Shown piece by piece: positions 25,700-39,060 of a stretch of 64,000 nt of DNA. The stretch is from Octopus sinensis. Its lineage: Eukaryota. The position numbers and the translations under genes were made by a program. The stretch is from contig NC_043010.1 in NCBI RefSeq assembly GCF_006345805.1, positions 2,790,001 to 2,854,000 of the forward strand. The letters are read 5' to 3'. Under the pieces are notes generated by a model. It had not been told where the DNA came from. It worked only from the letters and a program-made list of their open reading frames with translations, and did not search any database. The first letter of the stretch is position 1. Every line of letters begins with the position of its first letter.

Positions 25700-25915
25700 A
25701 TAAGGATTTTCTACGTAGGCACAAGTCCATAAATTTGCAGTAAGGGATCATTAGTTGATTAAATCAGCCGCAGTTCTTGATTGGTACTTTATTCTATTGA
25801 GTTTGGAAGGATGAAAGGTGAAGTGATCTCAGTAGAATTTGAATGACAATCATAAAGAGATGTAATTAAATACCATTTTGTTTGATATTCTCATGATTCT
25901 GCCAATCTACTGCAC
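25700..25915 (-). mobile_element. SINE family B, degraded
   Basis: TTGGTACTTTATTCTATTGAG...GGATGAAAGG...GAATTTGAA. Confidence 0.6.
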
Positions 25916-26880
25916 TAATTTAGTGTTTGCAATAAAATGCAATATCACATGACTAGTCACATGACAAAGACTTGGTTGGCTTTCTGAAGTTTTGATCTTG
26001 AGTGGAGCAGAGCCTGCAGAAATCTATTTGATTCTTCTTTGTTTATATCCTCATCAAAGACGCCAATAGCCATGCTCTGTCTGGGCTAATGTTTCCTCAA
26101 CATGAGTTTGCATAATACTCTGATGTATAACTCATGGCTTACCTCTTACCAGAAGTCCTTAAAACTAGTCCTCCACCTTTCAGTTACTGCATTTGTCGGT
26201 GTATAAGATACACCTCTATTTTATAAGTATATTTCGTGGGAAAACCCCAAAAAACAAATGTTATGTTTCATCATACACTTATTGAAAGATATTTTAAAGT
26301 GTTTTGTATAGGAAAATGTATGAGTCTGTGTACATAAGTCCAATGCTGTGTCAGTATATTGGAATAAAGTATAAAGACATAAGTTTATCATATATAAATT
26401 ATGTTGTACTTATGAAGACAAATTTATCTTATATGAACTACGTTGTACAAGTACCATATTTCAACTTTATCAACTTTCAGATCAATCATACAGTCATAGT
26501 GTGGTCAAGAGAATTGCCATACATGTTATAAAACTCATATTTTTGGTTATGATGTTTTATGCTATCTGGTGGACTTATGTTCATCCATCTCTTGTCGCCT
26601 CGGGAACAGGGTGCAGGGGGTGAAAGTGCACTCCTAGAATCTTTTGGTCAGGTAATGAAAATACTTTGAACCTCCTTCTGAAAAACTTCATCACCAAAAC
26701 AATTGAAAGGAAAAAACATTTTGGGACTGATTTGAAGTATTACTTTTCCATTATTGGATTTATTTGATTCATGTACAAATATAAATTTTGGACATGGGTT
26801 TACAACCCCTAAACAGATTTCATTCCTGCACATATGCTGTCTTCCTAGTCTATGGCACCCACTGTAATATGACCATATTA

Positions 26881-28165
26881 TTGGGTCATCCCATAAATAA
26901 TGCATCTTTTTCAATTGCATGAACTAAAAGTCGGAGGGGGACAGGATTAACTAGCTGCATCAATTTTCTATACAAGCAGGTAGTAATTTTACCTTGTTCT
27001 TATGCTTAATGCAATTTTTGAAGAGTGGAGTTCGATTTTAACAGTTATTTCTTCAAAGCTATAATGGAAGTGACAACGGAGTATATTTGGTATATTTTGC
27101 TTCATGAGTTCAATAAAGGCAACAATGCAACGGAAGGTGTGAGGAATTTTAATGCAGTATATTGGGATCGGACACTAAGCGTAAGCCAGTGTCAATGGTG
27201 GCTCCAGAAATTCCAAACTGGAAATTACAGCCTAAAAGACAAGCCTCATCCTGGAAGATCTGTAGAGCTCGATGAGGATGTCCTGCAAACCCTGGTGGAA
27301 CAAAATCCCACCATAACTGTTGAGGACCTAGCTGAGAAGCTTGGATTTGGTTATTCAATCATTCATCTACACTTATGTGCTATTGGAAGAGTCAGCAAAT
27401 TGGGTCAATGGGTTCCTCACAAACTTTCCAAGTCTAATTGCATGCAGAGAGTGAATGTGTGCTCTGCTTTGCCATCACGTCTCACAAACGTACCTTTTTT
27501 GGACTGAATAGTGGCTGGTGATGAGAAATGGGTTCTCTATTAAAATGTTAAGTGCCGAAGACAGTGGATAGGGAAAGGAAAAACACTGGTACTCCTGGCT
27601 AAAGAAGGTCTTCACCCACATAAAGTGTTGTTATCTGTTTAATGGGATATGAAAGGTTTAGTTCACTTTGAACTTATAAACCCAAACCAAACGATAACAA
27701 AGGAGATCTACAGTGAACAGCTTGAGTGGCTTAAGTCATGCTAGAAGTAAAATGACCATCTTTGGTTCCAAGATGAAAGGTGTTCTTCCATCAGGATAAT
27801 GTTTGGCCACATACAGCAAGGATGACATTCTAATGGCTGAAGCAGTCTGAATGGGAAACGATGCTCCACCCACCATATTCGCTGGACATTGCCCCATCTG
27901 ATTATCATTTATTCTGCAATCTTCAAAATCATTTGGACAGAAAACATATGAATTCTGTAGAGGAGGTCAGAACAGTACTAGAGGAGTATTTTTTGTCACA
28001 GACAAGTGGATTTTGGAAGAGGGGCCTTGCAAGTGCACCAGATAGAAGGAAGAACATTGTAGAAAATGAAGAGAGGATATTTTAGATTAAAAAAGAACTA
28101 TGTTTATCTTAATTTTGAAAAATAAAAGAAGTATAAAAAAATGCATTATTTATGGGATGACACAA
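26881..28165 (+). mobile_element. Full-length inactive mariner (IS630-Tc1-mariner) DNA transposon, 1285 bp
   Basis: 25-bp TIRs TTGGGTCATCCCATAAATAATGCAT / ATGCATTATTTATGGGATGACACAA (1 mismatch). TA at the left end, CA at the right. Transposase motifs WVPHKL, IVAGDEKW and HPPYSLDIAPSDYHLF are broken by stops and frameshifts. Confidence 0.93.
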
Positions 28166-28814
28166 CAGATGCAAGAAAATTTTTTTAACACATTTAAAAA
28201 TAAAAAAGAGCCTGCCTTGTACATGCCAGCAAATATAATAGTATTAGTTGTGTCTAGACAAATAAATATATTAAGAAATATATTAGATTAATATATTGCA
28301 AATGTTTTATGGTATACAAAAAGTGTGCACAAGGTAAAAAACAACAACATTTTTGTACTTTATGATCCTGTCTTGCAACCTAACTATATTAGATGCACCA
28401 TCTCTTCATTTTTCACACATAGACACATCTGTTTAATTACATCCACTTGTAACCCAATCATTTGTTTTTAATTTACACTTCTAATCCTGCCTTGTTATCA
28501 CCTCAGCGTGACCGATACATCAGCCTTTTGAAAAACAATGCACATAAAGTTGTCTACATTGAAGCAGCTGCACTATTATTTTCTCAGTTCCACCTGATAA
28601 TATGACTTACACAATTATTACTAGTTATCTAGAGACTAATTAACTGAAAAGAAGTAGGATTGTTAAAATTTGCTTGATGACTAATTAGAACTGACTTCAA
28701 TTTGCCGTGTGCTATGATGACAAGAAATATGTACTAACGACCTCTCTTGTTGTTGTTGCTATTGTTACTGTATACGGTGACTATTGTCATAGTTGTTGTT
28801 ATTGTAGTCTTGTT

Positions 28815-28845
<31 letters not shown>

Positions 28846-29373
28846 ATGTAGCTGTCTACTTCCAGCCAGCTCAGCTTCAGATGCAGAACTTGTAACCAAT
28901 TTAATGTTCTTAATGTTATTTTAGAGTAGAAAGATCTGTATCTCACAATATGATTCAATGTGTGTGTGTGTGTATGTGTGTTACTTTTTATGGAGGGATG
29001 CCCTTTCTATCACCAACCACTCTAACATAATACAATACTTCACTACACCATGCTAAACTGGGAGGTACAAGGTAGCGTTAGTAACTTGAGGCAGAACAAA
29101 TACCTCAAAGGACTTCATTAAAACATTGGATTTTAATCAGTGTTTCTATCTTTCACCAATATACATTGCTCAAAGATACACTCACACAGACACACACACA
29201 AACATGCACACACAAACACGCACACATGCCAGACTTCCACATAGTTATCATTTACACAAAATCTCCCTCATAAGGTGGTCAGCATGAGTCTATGACAGAC
29301 ACTTTCCTGTGGTATTGTGCTGTCAGCCCTAACCCAGTGTCTAATAGTTCTAATCAAACTTCTCAACTATACG

Positions 29374-29441
<68 letters not shown>

Positions 29442-29550
29442 CACACACTTACATATACAAGTATGTGTTGGAAAGGCTATTATTGCATGGAGAAATAGTA
29501 TTTACTATATATGGTGACATATTACCCTAAAGTACAGTAGCTATCCCTCC

Positions 29551-29639
<89 letters not shown>

Positions 29640-29890
29640 CATCCATCTATCTATCTATTTATATACACACACACACATCCTTGCTTATTGTTAGAAATGT
29701 TTTTTTTATTGTTTAGCACCAGGCTAATACTAATTAAATAGATAAATGATCAAAAAGATTCTTGCCATAATCACCATGTCTCTTTCTGACTCAGTCCTAT
29801 GTCTTTCTTTCCTAAGATGACAGAATGAGTAATTTGAGGAAGATTGTTTCTAGTAAACTGAATAACTAATTAAAGACACCCTCAATTAGT

Positions 29891-30120
29891 TTAACCCTTT
29901 TAGCATTCAGATTAGTTTGTCAAATGTATTCCTTTTTTTATACACATTGTTTGGAATTAATTATGCATTATCTTGTAGCTTTGAGATTTCGATGATGGGA
30001 TTGTTTACTTTTATTATGACATTATAGGGCAGATGTGAGAGACTGTATTTGGCCAGTTAGAACATAAAACAAATAGAATATCTTGGCCGGGTGTGGCCAG
30101 TTTAAATGCTAAAGGGTTAA
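29891..30120. mobile_element. piggyBac-like MITE
   Basis: TTAA+CCCTTT(T)AGCATT ... AATGCTAAAGGG+TTAA: TIRs starting CCC, with TTAA on both sides. A second, inverted, truncated copy lies at ~14162-14345. Confidence 0.8.
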
Positions 30121-30367
30121 GCCTGTATTTGTCAATTTAGTTTTAGTTTAATTTCTCATATTGAATACAAACTGAGTCTAAGCTTAATTGATATGCATAT
30201 ATGTATGTGCATATATTATATATGTATATTCTTATATAAATATACATATACGTATATATATATATATGTATATATATGTGTGCATATATGATGATGATGA
30301 ATTTATATATAATGATGATACAGAAAATGATACATAAATATATATATATACAAAATAAGATAGCCAA

Positions 30368-30394
<27 letters not shown>

Positions 30395-30401
<7 letters not shown>

Positions 30402-30616
30402 TCATCATCATCATCATTTAATGTCTGCTTTCCATGCTAGCATGGGTTGGACGATTTGACTGAGGTCTGGTGAACCAGACTCCAATCTGATCTGATATAT
30501 ATATATATATAATATATATATATATCATCATCATCATCATCATTTAATGTCTGCTTTCCATGCTAGCATGGGTTGGACGATTTGACTGAGGTCTGGTGAA
30601 CCAGACTCCAATCTGA

Positions 30617-30650
<34 letters not shown>
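30395..30650. repeat. 126-bp tandem duplication of a family C tail bounded by (TA)n
   Basis: ATGTCTGCTTTCCATGCTAGCATGGG...CCAATCTGATCTG at 30421 and 30547, identical. Confidence 0.9.
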
Positions 30651-30657
<7 letters not shown>

Positions 30658-30679
30658 TATATATCATCATAAGATGGAA

Positions 30680-30990
30680 GGCTCAAATAATTGAACCACT
30701 GCAGCTCTCCATCCATGTCTGCTCTGTGCCAATCTGCACAGTTCTGCAAAACTCCTGCCACCAGCTTCCTTGATGCTATTGCTAAATCTGGTTTCAGATC
30801 TTTTTCTTGTTCACTTACAATATGCTGCACCTGTTAACAGGAATTTGTCAAAGTCTTGTTTCTTAGTATATGACTGGTGAAGGTCCTTTTTCTTTTCATG
30901 ATAGTATTTGATAGTCTTTCCTGGCATTTTATCTGGCAAGTCCAGCTTATTCTGAGAATGCATTTAAAACACCTTTATTCAGATGCTTCA
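30680..30990 (-). mobile_element. Degraded RTE-clade LINE ORF C-terminal fragment
   Basis: Minus-strand translation gives IEASE*RCFKCILRISW...IMKRKRTFTSH and, in another frame, ELCRLAQSRHGWRAA. These match the RTE motifs (E)xRCxRRILRISW and LAQDRxxWR. Confidence 0.7.
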
Positions 30991-30995
30991 ATATT

Positions 30996-31033
<38 letters not shown>

Positions 31034-32250
31034 ATATATATATATATATATATATTAGAGGCGGCTACGGCACTCAGGTTGTTCGGGCTTAGCTCAAGTA
31101 TAAATTTAGTAAAGTGAATGTGTATTTGCAAGCTGATTTAATTTCTGCCAACACTGACTTCAAGTATGTAATTGCTGCAAATAACTCAGGCTCCTTTTAT
31201 TGAGCCTGGTCACATTTCATTTATCTTTGTTCTGCATTTGGCAGTCGTCTTAGAGGTGCCTCACATCAAAAAACATCATTCATAGCAGACATCCTCTCGA
31301 CATCATCCAAACATGCCTGACTCAGGCTCAGAAGTTGCAGCCCGAGTTGTTATCGATAATCATAAAAATTAAAAGTAATTCAATTCAATGCTTTCTTGAA
31401 ACAATAAATTTCTATAGAAATTAGGATTTAAATTCCAATCTATGAAAAGTTTCCATTCTAAACTATTCTTAAAGGAACGGAAAATTATCCAGCTAATGCA
31501 AATGAGCCTGGTAGGTGTAAAAGACCAACTGGTATCTCTTTTCAAGAGTATAGATCTCAGTCAGAGTGCTGGCGTTTGTTGTGCACTCTGCTGTCATTAT
31601 TTGATTGCTGTTATTCTGTGTGTCTGTGTAAAGACCAATTGTATTTTGCAGGGTTGCTTTATTTTTACCCTTAACTTAGAAATGGAGAAAGACATAGTGC
31701 TAAATATGAAAAATAAGCCATGTGGGGCTAGAAATGTTGTGGAAAAATGTGAAATTCTTTGAACAGCCGAGTCTTATGCAAAATCTGTGATTTCAATCAA
31801 TGGAATATGCTTTTGGAGGATCTGTACACTAAAACCTGTTAGCCTGTATTTAACTATACAATCTTCAATCAAAAAGCACCTCTGAAAGTTTCCTATGATA
31901 TATATATGTGTGCATACATACATGTGTGAGTATGCATATATATATATACAGAGGATTGAAATGTGAGCTACTATTAGCTACATGTGTCTCAAAACACATG
32001 ATATGAAATTAATAGCAGCCTGAATTTAAATCCTGTGCATATTAACAATATTTATCTCTCACTGGATGGAGAAATTTTTTTATTGATCACACCAGTAATG
32101 GAACAATACACTACACACATATATATATGGACTTTTCCCTTTCTCCTTTCTGACAAAGAGCTATGCTTAAAACATTAAGCTCTTCCTTTTCACTAAGTAC
32201 CAATCATGTCCTCTTGTTGTCTGTTAATTTTATTATTCATTTTTTTAAAT

Positions 32251-32307
<57 letters not shown>

Positions 32308-32770
32308 GGCATATATGCATGATATATGTGTACCCTCATCATTATAATTTTAACTTCCACTTTTCCATACTTGGATTGGTCAGAGGGAATGGTATTTGTT
32401 GAAAAGATTTCCTATGGCTGGATGCTCTTCCTGTCACCAACCCTCAGCTGTTTCCAAGTAAAGTATTATCTCCCCATGGCTTGGCGTTGTTTTCACGAGA
32501 GGTCGGAAACAAGCTACACCACTTGTATGAAGGTGATACTGGTTTATGACTGTTGTGTGATGACAAGACAAACCGGTTCTTACACAAACACACACACTTA
32601 CACATGCATATATGCATACACATGCACATACTCATATATATTTGTATATACATATATATATGTGTGTATGTATGGTATATATATATATATATATATATTG
32701 GTAAAAATGGTAAGATAACAAAAGAAAGAAAGAGACCTCAATATTATGTAAATAGAGGAAATTTATCTGT

Positions 32771-32895
32771 AAAATAATATGTTGCAATTACTCTATAGTC
32801 AAGATAACCGAAGAGATGGTGTTGTGGATATCCACTTTGGCATCTGAAACTCAGAGTTTTATCTTGACTATTGAGTAATTGTAACATATTATTTT
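32771..32895. mobile_element. Small fold-back MITE next to (TA)n; second copy at ~47050-47165
   Basis: ~37-bp inverted arms AAAATAATATGTTGCAATTACTCTATAGTCAAGATAA around the core GAAGAGATGGTG...CATCTGAAACTC, which recurs at 47075-47130. Confidence 0.65.
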
Positions 32896-33144
32896 ATATA
32901 TATATATATATATATATAGGATGAATCATGAAGAAAATCACGTAGTATAGGATAGTCTGTAAAGTTGTTGGTGTTAATAAAGACATCTAGCCGTAGAAAC
33001 CATGCCAAAAGAGGCAATGGGGCTCAATGCAGTTCTCTGGCTTATTGACTCCTCTCAAATCATCTAACTCATGCCAGCATGGCAGATAGACGTTAAATGA
33101 TGATAATGATGATGACAGTGCTGCTGCTGTTGATGATGTAGAAT

Positions 33145-33285
33145 GAACGCCTTCCAGTTTTTGTCGACCAAATCCTCTCACAAGGCTTTGGTTGGCCTTG
33201 GGCTATTGCAGAAGAACTTGCCCAAGGTGCCATTCGGTGGAGCTAAACCCGGAACTATGTGATTGAGAAGCAAACTTCTTAATGG
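33145..33285 (-). mobile_element. SINE family A, 5' part
   Basis: Reverse complement contains GGCACCTTGGGCAAGTTCTTC and CCTTGTGAGAGGATTTGG. Confidence 0.7.
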
Positions 33286-33469
33286 TACAGGTATATAAGA
33301 AATAGTTGAAGAAAGATAGAAAGAGAATGTGAGAGTGAGAGGGAGAGAAAGAGTGACTGTGAGAGGGAGAGAAAGTGAGAGAGAGAGAAGAGGTATGTAT
33401 ATTTAGAAAAAGACTGTCACTCTCTTTCTCCATGATAGAGAGAGAGAGAGAGAGAGAGGGGGAGGGGGA

Positions 33470-33910
33470 CTACTGTTACCATCACAGCACCAATTCTATC
33501 ACCACAACCACTATCACCATCACTACCACTGTTACCACTATCACCACCACCTCTTCCATCTGTTGCCGTCGTCACCACGATCACCTCTCTACTGTTACCA
33601 CAACCACTGCACCATCATCACTTTCACTACCACCACCTTTATGAACAGCAGCAGTTGCATCACCACCATCAACACCAATGGAACTGCAATCGCTGCTACT
33701 ACTACTGCTGCTGCTGCTGTTGCTGCTGCTACTACTACTACTACTACTACCACTACCACTACTACTACTACTACTACTACAACCACCACCACCACCACCA
33801 TTACCACCACCATCACCCCTCCGTCACATCATCCACTACCACCATCACAACTACAACAGCAACCACCACCGCCGCCACCACCACCACCACCACCACCACC
33901 ACTATCTAGT
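33470..33910. repeat. Compound trinucleotide tract (CAC/CTA/CTG)n
   Basis: Directly visible; produces the poly-T/H/L/P ORFs. Confidence 0.9.
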
Positions 33911-35046
33911 AGCCTATGAGATAATGGTCATATAAGCAATCACTTTAGTGTGAATGTTTTGTTTTTTTTATTGTTGTCGTCATTGTTGCTGTGTTACTAT
34001 TTTCTAATATTGTTCCATGTTGTTTGGAAAAATTGAAAAAGAAGTGGTTTGTGTACAAGTTGTACCTGAAAATGATTGAGCAAACCTATGATCAAAGATG
34101 CTCCACTCATGACTATCCTATCTTGTTTTATCTTTTAATTTTTTTTTTCTTTTTGGCATAGTCATTCTAGGTGTCCAAGGATTTTTTAAGACATGTAGTT
34201 TGAGCGACTCGACTGTTAGTTCCAACAGTTTGAATGACAGAGAAGCTCTCTCGCTTATTTAACTTTACAGTCGTCATTCTATGACCCTAAGTTAGCTCTG
34301 ACTTGTCTTGGAGCATATCCATGATCCAAAGTTTGTCTTCAAACAGGAATAGCAAAGCACCACACTACATGCTTTACCAGTATGTCGCTCTCTGTCCTCC
34401 TTTTCTCTCACTCTAGTTCCAAGGTTAAATCTTAGAAAAGCTATGGGTATGTGACTAGTTTTTACTTTCGTTTCCATGCCCCTCCCCCAAGATATTCATA
34501 AAGTAATTACCAGTCATATATATTGAGGTCTGTTTGGTCAACAAGGAAATAAATTACAAACAAAGAAGCATGTAAGCCTGGCAAAATTCAGCTATTTTCT
34601 CTCTCTGCTGCTCTTGTAAACCCATCTCTTTATACATACATACATACATACATACATACATACATACAAACATACATACATACATACATATATATACACA
34701 CACACACACACACATGCATATATATATATATATACATGTATATGTATACGCTCTCGCACACATGCATATATATATATATATATATAGATAGATAGATAGA
34801 TTGATAGATAGATATGAATATATGTTTATACTGTTAAATAGAGAGACAGCTAGATATCTTCCTCTGTGTTTGTGTGAATTACATGTGACAAGGAAAGAGA
34901 ACTCAACATAAGGAAAGTGAATTCTTTTAATGTTTCTAGTCTTCAGGATTGGTGATGTTGCTACTCAGAGTTTCACCCGATGGATGACAAACAAATGACG
35001 CAATGAGCACCACCAGCACTGAAGACTATAAATTTTATGTGTGTGT

Positions 35047-35083
<37 letters not shown>

Positions 35084-35185
35084 CCTTAGGTTATTTATTA
35101 TGTCTTGATATAGATAATACAAGAAATAAAATGAGAAATGAAATTGGTTTAGCTTGGAATTGAAAATGCAACATTGGCTCAACTC

Positions 35186-35645
35186 ACTAGGAGATTATTA
35201 TTTCTATATCTACCCTACACTAGGAGATTATTATTTCTATATCTACCCTACACTAGGAGATTATTATTTCTATATCTACCCTACACTAGGAGATTATTAT
35301 TTCTATATCTACCCTACACTAGGAGATTATTATTTCTATATCTACCCTACACTAGGAGATTATTATTTCTATATCTACCCTACACTAGGAGATTATCATT
35401 TCTATATCTACCCTACACTAGGAGATTATCATTTCTATATCTACCCTACACTAGGAGATTATCATTTCTATATCTACCCTACACTAGGAGATTATTATTT
35501 CTATATCTACCCTACACTAGGAGATTATTATTTCTATATCTACCCTACACTAGGAGATTATTATTTCTATATCTACCCTACACTAGGAGATTATCATTTC
35601 TATATCTACCCTACACTAGGAGATTATTATTTCTATATCTACCCT
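35186..35645. repeat. 33-bp minisatellite, 14 copies
   Basis: Unit ACTAGGAGATTATTATTTCTATATCTACCCTAC, with a TAT/CAT variant in copies 7-9 and 13. Confidence 0.97.
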
Positions 35646-36210
35646 CTTTCCTGTCCAAATAGTCTGCCATTGCTCATTCCTCAAATGAGGAATGAAATTT
35701 TAAAAGATTTTAAAGGGATTTAGAAATCTATAGTTTACAGGTTCTGTGAATATATGTGAATGCTTAACTGATTGAAAAGGAAGTATTTTTGTTTTCACTT
35801 CAAGCACTGACTGTGTATATAGAATGGAGTATAAAGTACAGGTGCACAGACAGAGTACAGATGAAATCTACTAAAAGTATGCATAAATGCATTAATAAGG
35901 GTGATATGAAGGAGTACATTTTGTGTTTACTCTCAGTGACTTTTTCTCTTATCCACATAAGAAAAAAACTTATCCACATTGAAAACTGGTATGTAGTCAT
36001 CTACACTGCTAGAAATATCTGTCAAATCTTCATCAAATCACAAGCTGAAAGTTGTGATAGAGATTGGGAGTGGTGAAAAAATATCTAGGGATAGCAGGTA
36101 AGGGTGAGGATAGAGGCTATTCAGAAGAGGTAAAAAGGCATTTCAGAGTAGTGTGAGAGAATGGAGAGGGATAGTGAAGTACACCCCCCCCCACACACAC
36201 ACCACACACA

Positions 36211-36251
<41 letters not shown>

Positions 36252-36649
36252 TTGTATCTTGTTGAAAAACACATGAAGAATACATAGGATAATGTAATGC
36301 TGAAATATGAAAATATGGTAGGATGGTCATGCAAGGCTGTCACAGCAGCATTATTGGTTCCCAAGTATATCAATGAACTGGGCCTTATAGTATATATTTA
36401 TTGAGAGCAAATCACAGCATGCATAGATTTGAATTGGGGTCCGACACCAGTGAGGATCCTGGACAACTACCCAGTGCACCCATGTCTTAAGGCAGCCTTG
36501 ATGGTCAATAGCTGGAGCGTTTTTGAATGATGGCTTGCTAAATTAAGTCTGATCTGGGGTTAAAGAACTTCAGCAACTCTCTCCCTCCCCTCCTCCTCCC
36601 CCTATCATCCCCTCCCCTCTCTTTCTCATAAGTCATAATGTTTATAAGA

Positions 36650-37046
36650 GTGTGGCCATGTTGGGGCACTGCCTTGAAAAACTTTTAGTTGGATGAATTG
36701 ACCCCAGTACATTTTTTATATTTATTTTTAAGCCTGGTATGTATTCCATCAGTCTCCTTTGTCAAAATGCTAAGCTATGGGGACATAAACACACCAACAC
36801 CATTTGTCAAGCAACTGGGAACAAACACACAGATGCAAAGACACACACACACACTTATATATGTATATATGATGGGCTTCTTTTAGCTTTTGTCTACCAA
36901 ATCCACTCACAAGGCTTTGATCAGCCCAAAGGCTTGTGACGAAATAGTAGAAAGCTGACGAAATAGTAGAAGGCACTTGCCTAAGGTACCACGAACATGG
37001 TACCATGTGGTTGGGAAGCAGGCTTCTTACCACACAGCCATGCTTG
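36650..37046 (-). mobile_element. SINE family A, full-length diverged copy
   Basis: Head GCATGGCTGTGTGGTAAGAAGCCTGC and tail GGCAGTGCCCCAACATGGCCACA on the minus strand. Confidence 0.85.
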
Positions 37047-37999
37047 GGCCATTTATAATTATTTATTATTTATTATTCACTATTCTAAATTATACCTCTC
37101 TATGCTGTCCTGTTACACAGCATTACACTATGCTCTACCCCTTCATATACCTTTACACCAAACCACATTACCCAACACTTGACCACTACTTTTCATTGTA
37201 TTGTGAATATCAATAAATCTGCTGTGAAGATGACTGTTGATAGTAATACAAATATGCATGAATTCATGTTGATTGCTTATACACAGTTTTGTGTATGTAC
37301 ATGAGTGTGTGTGTATGTGTGTGTGTGTGCATAAGTATGAGTGTATGTGTGTTTGTATATTTTTGTTTACATAAATATGAAAGGAAAAGAAAAAAACTAG
37401 ACAGAGAAAACAAGATACTGTGAATATATACACTATGTATGCCTATATATATGTATACATACATGTGTGTGTATATATATATATATATATAAATATTAGA
37501 GAGTGACCACTATGTGGTTCACTCTAGTGCTGTATCCCTTGGTTTTTATGTGTTAAGCCACTTGGTGTTAAATTGATGGTATTATTAAATTAATATCAAA
37601 TTTTTCACCCTCATTTATAAATATATATATATATATGTATATATTTCTGTTATTTCCTTTACTGGTATCAGTCATTAGACTGTAGCCATGCTGGGGTACT
37701 GCCTTGAATATATATGAGGGGGTGCTGAAAAGTCCATAGCTTTAAGGGTATCAAGAAGGGCCTGGCTGGAGGCCCAGCCATCCAAGTTCTTCTACAGAGC
37801 CAAGTAAAACTGAGGGTCCACTGCAATAAGTGTGTGAGTCTGAGAGGGGAATAAAATCATAATCAACTAATCCTCCTGTATTTTCTTTTACCCAAAACCA
37901 GGAACTTTTCAGTCCCCCCACCCCAGCTCCTATGTATATATGAGTATATATGAATATATATATACAGACTAGATAGATAGATATGTAAATATTTATGCA

Positions 38000-38030
<31 letters not shown>

Positions 38031-38115
38031 CATTATATATATACAAAGAGAGAGAGAGAGAGAGAGAGAAAAAAGAGAGAGAAGAAGAAGAGATAGATAT
38101 GTAAACATTTGAGCA

Positions 38116-38150
<35 letters not shown>

Positions 38151-38574
38151 AGAGAGAGAGAGAGAGAAAGAGAAAGAGAAACATTCATACATACATAAGT
38201 ATATAAATATAATCATACACATATATATCAACATATACATAAATACTTGCATATATAGATACATACATACACACATAAGTGTGTATGTATGATGCACATA
38301 CAGATACATATAAATAATTTTATAAATATATATGTATATAATGTAAATATATACTTATATTTTCATACATGCACATCCAACTACAAAGCACGTACGTTCA
38401 CAAGCATACATATTCCCACACATGTGCATTTGTGTGTATGTATATAAATATATATATATATATATATACATATATATACGTATATATGTATATATATATA
38501 TATACATGTGTGTATGTATATGTATAGATATGTGTGTATATACATACTTACATACATACATACATAATACATAA

Positions 38575-38616
<42 letters not shown>

Positions 38617-38924
38617 TACATACATATATATATATATATATCTATATATATATATATATATATTACTACACTTGGTTAAAAATAATGACTGTTGATACAT
38701 TGATAAAACATTAACGGAAGACCAACAAACTATATTTCTTTACAAAGTCAAGCTATTAACGTTCAAACTATCCTCGTAATATTTTGACTTAAAACTTTCT
38801 CCAAAAATTGGTTTCACAGAAGTGTGTTGTGTATAGTTTTTGTTGTTGGTTTCTGTGTCCTTTTTTTTTCTTTTTGTTATTTGTTTTTTTTAAGAATTCC
38901 TGTCAAAGTATAGGCGACACTTAC

Positions 38925-39060
38925 CGATTCTTGTACTGGTGGGGTTTTTGGTTTTCAGTTTAGTTGCTTATTTGAGAAAAGTGTATCCTTCTGTAGAGTT
39001 AGTTTTGCAGTCTGTGCTGGCTGGCTGCTGATACGTGCTGGCAGTGAGTGATTGGTGTTA
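38925..39060 (-). other. Candidate non-coding first exon / promoter-proximal region
   Basis: Unique, relatively CpG/GC-rich island among microsatellites. Consensus donor ATCG|GTAAGT after 38925; CCAAT at 39051-39055 on the minus strand; GA-repeat tract upstream. Confidence 0.3.

Noticed and set aside
27025-28085. 160-aa and 74-aa ORFs as a domesticated SETMAR-like gene
   Set aside because: In-frame stop just before the first catalytic Asp, several frameshifts, intact TIRs and no fused host domain.
33375-33935. Poly-Thr/Pro/His/Leu ORFs as a mucin or low-complexity protein
   Set aside because: All frames are open because of trinucleotide repeats; no unique flanking coding sequence or splice context.
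35154-35723. Regular 33-bp repeats as a CRISPR array or a repeat protein
   Set aside because: Units abut with no spacers, there are no cas genes, the context is eukaryotic, and no splice or expression evidence is visible.
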